This document shows, piece by piece, positions 1-8,300 of a stretch of 32,000 nt of DNA. The notes beneath the pieces were generated by a model that saw only the letters and a program-made list of their open reading frames with translations, searched no databases and had not been told where the DNA came from. How positions within the stretch are numbered: position 1 is the stretch's first letter; every line of letters begins with the position of its first letter. The position numbers and the translations under genes are program-made. Origin of the DNA: Telmatocola sphagniphila. GTDB lineage: Bacteria > Planctomycetota > Planctomycetia > Gemmatales > Gemmataceae. The stretch is taken from NCBI RefSeq assembly GCF_018398935.1, contig NZ_CP074694.1, positions 810,001 through 842,000 on the forward strand. Reading direction: 5' to 3'.

Positions 1-74
1 GCAGCGGGATTCTCGGCGTTGAGCACCGGCGGCAATTGACAAAATTGAAAAGCCAGAAGGGCGTAGGCAATCAT
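1..74 (-). CDS. 5' end of an unidentified CDS running off the left edge (hydrophobic, signal-peptide-like N-terminus)
   Basis: ATG at 74..72 on the minus strand lies 20 nt downstream of the nucleoside-hydrolase stop. The frame stays open to position 1 and translates MIAYALLAFQFCQLPPVLNAENPA... It is absent from the ORF track because it has no stop in the window. Too short to identify. Confidence 0.25.
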   Translation of the reverse strand, partial: MIAYALLAFQFCQLPPVLNAENPA

Positions 75-94
75 ACGGAAGCTCCGGACACTAA

Positions 95-1021
95 CTAACT
101 GCAGGTACTGAGCGTGCGTAGAATGTAGTCGCGTACGCCGACCACGTCAACATCCATCCCGAGGAGCACGTTCGGGGCACTGGCGGGGTTGGGGCGATTA
201 TCCACGACCAGGGCACCGCGAGTTAATTCGCCGCGAGTTTCCACATCGACAAAATACCCATTCCAGTTGATGCAGGCCGGCAGAGCCAGAGCGGCAATTG
301 CCAGCACATCCTTCAAATGGAACCCCTCGATGCCATAAAGATTGGAACTTGCCCGAATGCCGAAGGGGATGATCTGCCGGAGAAACTGGCAGGTGCCCGA
401 ACGGGATGCCGGCAGTTCAAGCAGGTCCGAAGGACTGAAGATCAATTTGCGGGAGATATCCAGCGTCAGAAGTTGAATGGTCGCGCCGCTGTGCAGCACG
501 ATTTTGGCCGCCGCGGGATCGCAGGCGAAATGAAACTCCGCGGCCGCGGTGGAATTGCCCGGTTCGAGCCAGGTTCCTCCCATAAGGACGATACTCTCGA
601 TGAGGTTGGGCAGATCGGGATCGCGTTCAATCGCCCGCGCCAGAATCGTGGCGGGACCCATGCATAAAATGCGAAGTTCCTTGGGGTACTCCCTTACCAG
701 TTCGTTCAGAAGTTTGTCCCCGGGCAACGGGGAGTGTAGGGATATGTCGGGAACGACGAAGCCGCCCAATCCTTCCGGGCCGTGCAATTCTTTGCCGTCG
801 ATTTCGTAGTCCACCGGCAAAGCACCGCCCAGTCGCGGCCACTTCGGTGGATCGATTTGATTAATCAAGACCTGGACGTTTCGCGTGGCCTGAGCCGCGG
901 AGATGTTCCCGGCGGTGGCAATAATGGCCACTACCTCGAATTCCGGATCGTGCAACGCCAAAGCGATTGCGAACGAAGTGTCGATTCCGGGGTCAGCAAT
1001 CAGAACGATTTTCTGGGGCAT
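95..1021 (-). CDS. Inosine/uridine-preferring nucleoside hydrolase (IUNH) family protein, divergent active-site fingerprint
   Basis: 308-aa ORF. The N-terminus MPQKIVLIADPGIDT aligns position-for-position with the IU-NH fingerprint (..LDCDPGxDD). Further family blocks are VLMGGTWLEPGNSTAAAEF and a C-terminal FHLKDVLA block. Two of the four fingerprint Asp residues are replaced (see findings). Confidence 0.85.
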   Translation of the reverse strand: MPQKIVLIADPGIDTSFAIALALHDPEFEVVAIIATAGNISAAQATRNVQVLINQIDPPKWPRLGGALPVDYEIDGKELHGPEGLGGFVVPDISLHSPLPGDKLLNELVREYPKELRILCMGPATILARAIERDPDLPNLIESIVLMGGTWLEPGNSTAAAEFHFACDPAAAKIVLHSGATIQLLTLDISRKLIFSPSDLLELPASRSGTCQFLRQIIPFGIRASSNLYGIEGFHLKDVLAIAALALPACINWNGYFVDVETRGELTRGALVVDNRPNPASAPNVLLGMDVDVVGVRDYILRTLSTCS

Positions 1022-1036
1022 GGCTATACCTCACAA

Positions 1037-2104
1037 TCACCGGCTATTCTGGAGATTTTTCAGAACAGCTTTGGCCTTGCCGCTCAAAATACTCTCAAGT
1101 GCGAGTTCAACACCATTAGACAAAGTTTTTACGCGTTGTGCAACAACCAGTGCAGCCGCCGCGTTCGCCAGCACAATTTGTCGATGGGGAATATCCTCCC
1201 CCGAAAGGATGCGTTCGATGATTTTCGCACTCTCGGCCGCATCCTGAATCTGAAACGTGGATAGTGGAAACCGCCTCAGTCCCAGGTCGCTGGGCTCGAT
1301 TTCCGAGGCCGGCGTACAAACTCGCTGGTGGATTTCCTGAATTCTCGTGGAATCACCCAATGTAATTTCGTCCAGCCCGTCCAGGCCGTGCAGAATCCAG
1401 ACTCGATCGAAATTCAGCTGTCGGCAAGCCTCGGCCAGTATGGCAATCGCTTTGAGTTCTCCCACGCCGATCAACTGGTAGGGGACCGAGGCGGGGTTCA
1501 GCAGTGGGCCGAGAAAATTAAAAAGCGTTCGAAATCCGAGCTTGCGACGGACCGGGGCGACGAATTTTAAAGCGGGATGAAAGCTCGGGGCGAAGCAGAA
1601 AGCCAGCCCGAACTCGTCTAGGCAGCGTTGCGACCAGTCCGGACCGGCTTGAATCGGCACGCCAAGAATCTCGAGGACATCCGAACTGCCGCTGCGCGAG
1701 GACGCGGAGCGATTGCCATGCTTGACGACCGGCACGCCCGCACCCGCCACCACCAGGGCGACGGCCGTACTGATGTTAAAAGTGCCGGAATGGTCGCCTC
1801 CGGTACCACAGGTATCCAGACATTTTCGACCTCGGCAATCGATCCTTAACATTTTTTCACGGAGCACGGTCGCCGCCTGAACCAGAATCTCAGCAATTTC
1901 GATGGGCTCGGCCCAGGTTTCAAAAAAGCGGAGTGCGGTCAGAAAGGAGGCTGCCGTGGCTTCGTCCACGCGGGCATCGGTGATGGAATCGAAGGCCGTT
2001 CGTAAAACTTCATTCGAAGGGCGTCGGCGGTCGAGAAACGCGGCCACGGCTGCGGAGCACCAGGATGTTTTCGTCGAGTCCGACACCGCCAAAACCCCCG
2101 TCAA
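1037..2104 (-). CDS. trpD: Anthranilate phosphoribosyltransferase
   Basis: 355-aa ORF carrying the TrpD signature CGTGGDHSGTFNISTAVALVVAGAGVPVVKHGNRSASSRSGSSDVLEILG. The start is TTG at 2104, so the exact start is uncertain. No other trp genes are adjacent. Confidence 0.9.
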   Translation of the reverse strand: MTGVLAVSDSTKTSWCSAAVAAFLDRRRPSNEVLRTAFDSITDARVDEATAASFLTALRFFETWAEPIEIAEILVQAATVLREKMLRIDCRGRKCLDTCGTGGDHSGTFNISTAVALVVAGAGVPVVKHGNRSASSRSGSSDVLEILGVPIQAGPDWSQRCLDEFGLAFCFAPSFHPALKFVAPVRRKLGFRTLFNFLGPLLNPASVPYQLIGVGELKAIAILAEACRQLNFDRVWILHGLDGLDEITLGDSTRIQEIHQRVCTPASEIEPSDLGLRRFPLSTFQIQDAAESAKIIERILSGEDIPHRQIVLANAAAALVVAQRVKTLSNGVELALESILSGKAKAVLKNLQNSR

Positions 2105-2157
2105 ATAGGAGAATTATTCATTCTAAAGGATTTTGTCAGCCGGTCAAAAAACCCTGT

Positions 2158-2185
2158 TTGCATCTGTACAGCTGTTTATTATACT
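2158..2185 (+). promoter_or_regulatory. Candidate sigma70-type lexA promoter (TTGCAT-N16-TATACT) with palindromic candidate operator in the spacer
   Basis: TTGCAT at 2158..2163 and TATACT at 2180..2185 are separated by a 16-nt spacer. The spacer contains the overlapping palindromes CTGTACAG (2164..2171) and ACAGCTGT (2168..2175). The site lies about 60 nt upstream of the lexA ATG, in the trpD-lexA divergent intergenic region. Confidence 0.5.
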
Positions 2186-2245
2186 AGACTACATCAATGT
2201 TGATGCGCACACGCTTTGATGCACGAACATATGAAAGGGATTTGC

Positions 2246-2854
2246 ATGGCACGTTCTGCGGAAATGACTGTTCGTCAGAAGGAAGTTCTGGACTTTATTA
2301 GAACGAAAATTGAAAACCGAGGTTTCCCTCCCTCGATCCGAGAAATTTGCGATGCTTTCGATTTCAAGAGTCCGAACGCCGTGACGGGTCACCTCAAAGC
2401 CCTCGAACGCAAGGGCTTCATTAACCGGATGGAGCACAAGAGCGCCCGAGCGATTGAAGTCCCCGATATTCGCGTCGGCCGGGTTTCCTTTCCCTTGCTC
2501 GGTCTGGTTTCCGCCGGTATGGGAATCGAAGCCGTGCAGCAGGATGACCAGATTGATCTCGGCGAGCTCTTCGGCGGAAAAGAACACTTTGCTTTGCGAG
2601 TTCGCGGCACCTCGATGATCGAAGATCACATCGCCGATGGCGATATCGTCATTATCAAAAAGCAGCCGACGGCCAACAACGGCGAGCGAGTGGTCGCCAT
2701 GATCGACCGAGAAGTGACGCTGAAAAAGTTCTACAAGAAGCGGGATTCGATTCGCCTGGAACCGGCTAACAGCACGATGGAAGCGATTGTCGTCACTCCC
2801 GATCGCGATATTTCGATTCTGGGAGTGCTGGTAGGGGTCGTTCGGAAGTGCTGA
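2246..2854 (+). CDS. lexA: LexA repressor (S24 peptidase family SOS regulator)
   Basis: 202 aa from ATG 2246. N-terminal winged-helix domain: RQKEVLDFI..PPSIREI..SPNAVTGHLKALERKGFI. Ala-Gly autocleavage site in LVSAGMG, catalytic Ser in RVRGTSM, and Lys in VTLKKF. In-frame alternative starts exist at 2219, 2234 and 2264; the track ORF starts at 2216. Confidence 0.93.
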   Translation: MARSAEMTVRQKEVLDFIRTKIENRGFPPSIREICDAFDFKSPNAVTGHLKALERKGFINRMEHKSARAIEVPDIRVGRVSFPLLGLVSAGMGIEAVQQDDQIDLGELFGGKEHFALRVRGTSMIEDHIADGDIVIIKKQPTANNGERVVAMIDREVTLKKFYKKRDSIRLEPANSTMEAIVVTPDRDISILGVLVGVVRKC

Positions 2855-2857
2855 TTC

Positions 2858-4123
2858 TCAACGGGAATACCAGGCGATTAATTTCGCCAGTTCGCCCCGT
2901 TTGCACATGATTCGCGTCGAATAGACGTACCTCTGAGACTTCAGCAGCTTGTTAAAACCAAAGTTGTCGTCCACCACCTGCAGTGCCCATCGGAAGGCTT
3001 CTTCCTGAGGACGATCGTGGAAGACTCTCGCCAGCCAGCAGACAATCGGAAACGTCAATAACAGCGATTCCAAGCCGTCCCAGAACATGCGGTTGTCGTT
3101 AGTTGCCCCGCAGAATTGCATCGAATCCAACTTCACCCGAAAATAACGTTCGAAGAGGTCTTCGGTCTCGTCCAATAATCCCCCCGTCGGTTTCTCGGCG
3201 GCTTCAAAAGTGCCATCGGGGATCTGCCGATGAGTCTTGGGAATCGGTCCGCTCCCTCGAACGAAACGCCAGGCGGCGAAGAGCAGGGCCACCCGCCCTT
3301 TGCGGGAAATCCCTTGTTGCGGTCCCTTATCTTTGCGGCAGAAAACCGCCGAGATCTGTCGAAATAGAATCCGTCCAATCCAGCCTGGCGGTGCCAATTC
3401 GGTATTGTCTTCCGGAGTGATTGCCAGAACTTCTTGCGTCAGAATTCCGAGGAATTCTTCCAGCCTATTCCCCGAGACTTTGTCGAATCTGGCTGAGCGG
3501 CATATGGTGGCCACACCCAGGATCACCCGCAATCGAAACTCAATCGGGTAGTCGCTGTTGTCGGTCAGCAGATTGCGGAAATGCCGGGCGAAGACTTGCA
3601 AATCCTCCCAGCTGACGGACTGTGAAGTTTGCAGGGGCGGAGGCTCGACGATCGTTTCATCGGTGACGTTGGCTCGCTTTTCCAGCGCCTGAGCATAGAC
3701 CTGCAATTCCTCCAGATGGCCGGGCATCGCTTTACCGATATTTTTGGTCACGGACGGGCAGGCGAAGCGAAGTCCCACCTTCCACTGCTTGGCCACAGGA
3801 ATCAAAATAAACGGATAGACTCGGCACGCGAGGGGTTTGGCCGGTTCGCCGAATTTACCGTGAATCCGGCAGAGTCCTTTTTCGGTGAGAAAGACGCAGC
3901 CGTCGTCCGATTCGCGGTGGTTGAGCCGCCATTGTTTTTTGAATCGACCAGACGGCTTGAAGAGTGTCACCCCTTTCATTTCGGGGTCTTCTTCCCACTT
4001 CTGATCGATAATTCTCTGCCGTTCTTCCTCGGTGATTTGGATTTCGTATTCCCGGCAGCATTCGCCGCAGGCGTGACAGTCCCAATTGTGCAGGACCGGA
4101 AGTGATTGCAAGGTTAAACGCAT
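2858..4123 (-). CDS. YkgJ-family (CxxCxxCC) cysteine-cluster protein with a long uncharacterised C-terminal extension
   Basis: 421 aa from ATG 4123. The pattern CHACGECC ... DDGCVFL ... GLCRIH ... ACRVYPF matches the YkgJ/UPF0153 putative Fe/Zn-chelating domain. The 480-aa track ORF (to 4300) reads through the tRNA gene, so I trimmed it to the first ATG downstream of the tRNA. Confidence 0.75.
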   Translation of the reverse strand: MRLTLQSLPVLHNWDCHACGECCREYEIQITEEERQRIIDQKWEEDPEMKGVTLFKPSGRFKKQWRLNHRESDDGCVFLTEKGLCRIHGKFGEPAKPLACRVYPFILIPVAKQWKVGLRFACPSVTKNIGKAMPGHLEELQVYAQALEKRANVTDETIVEPPPLQTSQSVSWEDLQVFARHFRNLLTDNSDYPIEFRLRVILGVATICRSARFDKVSGNRLEEFLGILTQEVLAITPEDNTELAPPGWIGRILFRQISAVFCRKDKGPQQGISRKGRVALLFAAWRFVRGSGPIPKTHRQIPDGTFEAAEKPTGGLLDETEDLFERYFRVKLDSMQFCGATNDNRMFWDGLESLLLTFPIVCWLARVFHDRPQEEAFRWALQVVDDNFGFNKLLKSQRYVYSTRIMCKRGELAKLIAWYSR

Positions 4124-4145
4124 GATTTTAACGAAATGTGAGAAA

Positions 4146-4218
4146 TGGAGCGGAGGAGAGTTGAACTCCCGACCTCTGCAATGCGAATGCAGCGCTCTCC
4201 CAACTGAGCTACCGCCCC
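4146..4218 (-). tRNA. tRNA-Ala (anticodon CGC)
   Basis: The reverse complement folds as a cloverleaf. Acceptor stem GGGGCGG/CCGCTCC includes G3:U70, the alanine identity pair. D arm GCTC-AGTTGGGA-GAGC; anticodon arm CTGCA-TTCGCAT-TGCAG (anticodon CGC); variable loop AGGTC; T arm GGGAG-TTCAACT-CTCCT; discriminator A73. Length is 73 nt and the 3' CCA is not encoded. Confidence 0.93.
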
Positions 4219-4296
4219 GGAATGATCCACCTGATCGCGAAGCGATTTCTTGAGAAAACCGCTCCCTCCTGTAAGACTCTAAGCTACGACAATGGT

Positions 4297-5349
4297 TCAC
4301 TGACGTAAATGGGTCAGCTTATCCTTATAGAGTTTTGCCCGATCGGCATCCTTCATCGATTCGCTGTCGAACAGTTTCACGAGCCGATCCAGCGCCTTCA
4401 GATGCTCCGTCCGATCCTGGTTGTACACCACATCGACCCAGAGGTAGGACCACATCGCTTCCCGGGGTTGGTTCTTCAAGTTGTAGCAATCGCCCAGCAC
4501 ATTATACGCGACGGCCTTGAAGGAATTGTCGCTCGATTGAGCGATCTGTTCTTCGAACTGCTTGGCCAGATCGGCCATTTTCGAGGTCGGATCGTCGGCG
4601 GCCGAGGCCAGAACATAAAGGTTCAGTTTGGCCTTCAGGGGATCGCTGCTGGCCAAAGATTTTGCCAATTCCTCCGCTTTAGATTTCGCTTCTCGGATTT
4701 TCTTGGTTGAGAACAGGACATCGACTCGAGCGAATTCGGCTTCCTGTTTCAGTTCTTTGGGCAGTTTGTCCAACCGGCTGAACGAATCGACGCTAGCCAA
4801 GGCTCCGGTGGCATCGTTGGCGCGCAATTGAAGAGCGATCAGCAGCTTATAGGCGTTTATCGTATGCCAGGTGGAATTGTTGGTGCTCACAAACTTCTTC
4901 AGCAGATCGATGGCCGGTTGCAAGAGGCTCGAATTGTCGTTGGATAGAATGGCGGTCAGCACGGAGATCTTGTAATCGACGAATCGTTTCGCCCGTTCGC
5001 TTCCCGTCACCCGGTTCTGCAAACCTTTGTACCCTTCGAGAGCCTTGGTAAAATCCTGCCGTTCTTCCGCAATGGCTATCGGACCGTAATCGAGTTTCGC
5101 CGTTCCAGGCAGTTCATAGCTGATTTTCGTCAGGTCGTTTGCAGGAATAGTGACTTCCTTACCGCCCGCCGTGAGTTTGATTCGGATGGTGGTGAAGTTC
5201 TCATCGACAATCGTTCCATTCGCGATTAAGGATCCCGTTTTGTTTTTGGAGTCCCGGTAATCGATGCGATCGTCCGCTGAGAGTAGGCCGACCTGTAGGA
5301 TCAGACCGAGGGAGATCACCAGCAAGGGGTGGAAATATTTCCGCTTCAT
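4297..5349 (-). CDS. Secreted hypothetical protein (signal peptide, beta-rich N-domain, TPR-like helical C-terminal region)
   Basis: 350-aa ORF with N-terminal signal peptide MKRKYFHPLLVISLGLILQVGLLSA and a GAGGA Shine-Dalgarno-like element 5 nt upstream. It starts 34 nt downstream of the 1095-aa TPR-like gene on the same strand. No family recognised. Confidence 0.7.
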   Translation of the reverse strand: MKRKYFHPLLVISLGLILQVGLLSADDRIDYRDSKNKTGSLIANGTIVDENFTTIRIKLTAGGKEVTIPANDLTKISYELPGTAKLDYGPIAIAEERQDFTKALEGYKGLQNRVTGSERAKRFVDYKISVLTAILSNDNSSLLQPAIDLLKKFVSTNNSTWHTINAYKLLIALQLRANDATGALASVDSFSRLDKLPKELKQEAEFARVDVLFSTKKIREAKSKAEELAKSLASSDPLKAKLNLYVLASAADDPTSKMADLAKQFEEQIAQSSDNSFKAVAYNVLGDCYNLKNQPREAMWSYLWVDVVYNQDRTEHLKALDRLVKLFDSESMKDADRAKLYKDKLTHLRQ

Positions 5350-5383
5350 AGGTCCTCGTTCAACTGTTGTTCCAGTCGTGATT

Positions 5384-8300
5384 TCAATTCGAAGTTTCGA
5401 GTAGCTTTCCGCCGAGCGCCTTGTACTTGTCCTGCAGAATCTTGTTCTCTTCCATCAAATCGCGCATTTTATCTTTCAGAGTCGTGGAAAGATCGGGATT
5501 CTTGTTTTCCATATCGTAAAAGCGCTGGGCAATCTTGCCGAAGCCATCGTCGATCTGTTTAGCGGATTTGTTCTTGTCGAGCGAGTTATAGGCTTTGGCC
5601 GAGCACCTTTGCGCTTCGAAGAACAGGTCGAAGTAGAGGGATCGCTTCCGGGCATCCGAGTCGTTCTTCGGATTCGGCGGAGGCAACGGTTCGCCGAACA
5701 TTCGGGCCATTGTGGTCCAATAAGCTACGCCATTGCGAAAATCGCCCTGATCCTCGTAGAGATAAGCTCGTTCCTTGCGGGCTTCGATGCTCGAGAAGAA
5801 GGGACCTTTCGCTTGTCCTGTGCCGATCAGCTTTTCGAGATACTCCTTGGCCTTTTCGTAGTTTTTGGCCTGGCGATAAGTCTTGGCTAGGGTGTACTGA
5901 ATCTGGCGGTACGTCTTTGTTTTGGTATCCGAAGGATCATTCCCGGTCGGTTCGGGAAGCGATTTAAGCAAATTCTCCAGCAATTCGACCGATTTCGCAT
6001 TCAGGTCGATACTGGCATACCCCTGGGCGAGGAAGAGCGTCATTGTGGTCGGCAGCTTGGGTTGGCTGGCAATCTGATCGAGGAATTTCGAGAAACCCTC
6101 CACCAGTTGCTTTTCTTCCTCGGCTTTACCTGCTTTGCGTAGCGACTCGAATTGGGTTCGAACGGTACCGACTAACGAGCGCAGATTGGCCACGCGACTT
6201 TCGACCGAGCCCCCGGATTTCTCGAGGGTATTCAGCAGGCCGTTAGCGTCTTCCAGCTTGTTTTCCTGTATGGCCGCTCGTAAGGCGATGATCAGGATGT
6301 CCCGCTCGCCGCGAGTATAGCGATCGAAAGTGGGCACGGCCTCCAGCGCCGTCAACTTCTCTTTGTTCTTGGGGTCAGCCCGCTCATTAATTTCCTTCTG
6401 AATTTCCTGCAAGGGGGCCTTGATCAATTCGGACACCTTGGATTGGTTCCCTTCCTGAATCAGGGTCGCAATCTGCCCTTGAATGCCATTCAGATGCATG
6501 GCTTTGATCGAATAAAGCAGTTCGTTTTTCTCGGCGTTCTTATTGGTGAACGAAGCGGAAGTTGCCAATAATTTCTGTGCGGCATCGGCGATTTTCTGAA
6601 TCTCGGCGTACTCTTTACCTTCGAGCATCAGCAGTTGGCAAAGTTGCATGCGGGCCAGGAAATAATGCGAAGCTTCTGTGGAGTCGAGATTGGGATTCGG
6701 CTCGGGCAGATTACGCAGACTGGTGAGCGTATCGTTCCAGTAGGAAGAGTATTTCTTGATCTGTCCGGGCACAAAAGCTTTGAGTCGGGAGGATTCCACA
6801 TCTTCGCGAATCAGACTGAACAGGGACCCACCCTGTTGCAGCCGTGCCAGATAGATACCGGCATAGTTCGGTCGAATTTTCTGATAGATGGAAATTGCTT
6901 CGGTGTATTTTTTATCCCGGGCCGTGTAATAGGCCCAAAGTTCCCGTGCATCGTCGGTGGCGGTATCATCGGGCCAAGTCACATCCATATACTGGGCGAG
7001 TTTCTTGAGACGCTCGATATCGACTTCCGCTAACGTCTTGCCAGCTTCGCCAGAGGCGATTGCTTCCGCCGCCGAGCGATTGTAGCCTTGGACTGCCAGA
7101 GAGCAGGCCGAGGCGGCCTTGGGGAGACGCAGATTGTTTCGAGCCAGATTTTCTCCGTAAACCGCTGCGGACATCGGCTGACCGCCGTAGAGGTAACAGC
7201 GAGTGAGAAAATAGCGGGCATCGAAGACATCCCGAGTTGAATCCTTCGGTGATACGATCTGCAGAGCTCGTTCGAGGTAGGAGATGGCCTTACCGATTCG
7301 TAATTTCTCTTCATCGGCCACTCGCTTTTTACCTTCTGGCGAACTACGATCCTCCTGTTTGCGGAGAAAGACGAGTAGGCGGGCTTCCTGTATCTGAGCT
7401 TGTATTACCGCCTTATCGAAAGAGTTGATCGACGAAGGTTGTACCTCTCCTGCTTTTCCTTCGGAATCTGCCAGAAGCAGCAGAATTTCCTGCTTTCGAC
7501 GGCTGGATTTATCGTAATATTCGTTGTCCAAATCCGTCAGTTCTTTGTAAATGTGCAAGGCTTCCTGCAGATTCGTGTTGGCAGCGGGTGTGATCGATAA
7601 AACCTTATTATTCTTGTCCCTTCGGATGCCGTTCTCTTTATCCGCGAGATTTTGGTAGCAGATCCCTTGGATGAATCGAATCCCCAACCCTTCTGGGGTA
7701 TTCCGGAAGCTCCCGTAGTCTTTCAGCCAGGAACTTGCCATCGTCAGCGTATTCAGCAGCACATCGCCCGCGGCTTTGCTGCCATCGTCCCTTCCCTCAA
7801 AGGTATCTCGGATTTTGAAATAGCGAACGAGTCGGACCCCATCGGAAGCGAGAGGATCGGGCCGGTTTTTCAACAGGGTTTCGTAGGTTTTCAGGGCGAC
7901 TTGCGGCTCGTTCATCAGAACGCTGATATGGTAGTACCACGCGGCCGCGATCCAACCGGTTCGATCGACCACTTCATTGCTCTCGTAAATGGCGCTAAAA
8001 CCGCTCCGGGCTTTCTTGAGAGCATTCGCCTTGGCTAACAGGTCTTTCTGATCATTGCGAAGGTACGTCTCCGAAATGTTGTACAGGTTGATCATTTCAT
8101 CCAGGTGGGATTTCGCCTGGGCATCCTGCAACAAACGGATTCGGGCCTGCCAGGTGCCTTTCTTCTCCGCTCGAACCTTCTTGATCTCCTCATCGAGCAG
8201 CTTGGTCGATTTCTGGAAACGGGTGGCGGCGTTTTCAAACATCGGGCGGGCTTTCTCCGCCTCGGTATTCTTGGAGACTTCATCTTCGCTTCGCCGTGAT

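Noticed and set aside
2224-2237. CGAACATATGAAAG, a half-match to the Gram-positive GAAC-N4-GTTC LexA box just upstream of lexA
   Set aside because: Only the left half-site matches and the right half (GAAA) breaks the palindrome. It may still matter, but it is weaker than the spacer palindrome.
4124-4300. N-terminal 59 codons of the 480-aa track ORF
   Set aside because: This stretch reads straight through the tRNA-Ala gene (4146..4218). The conserved YkgJ domain begins right after the ATG at 4123.
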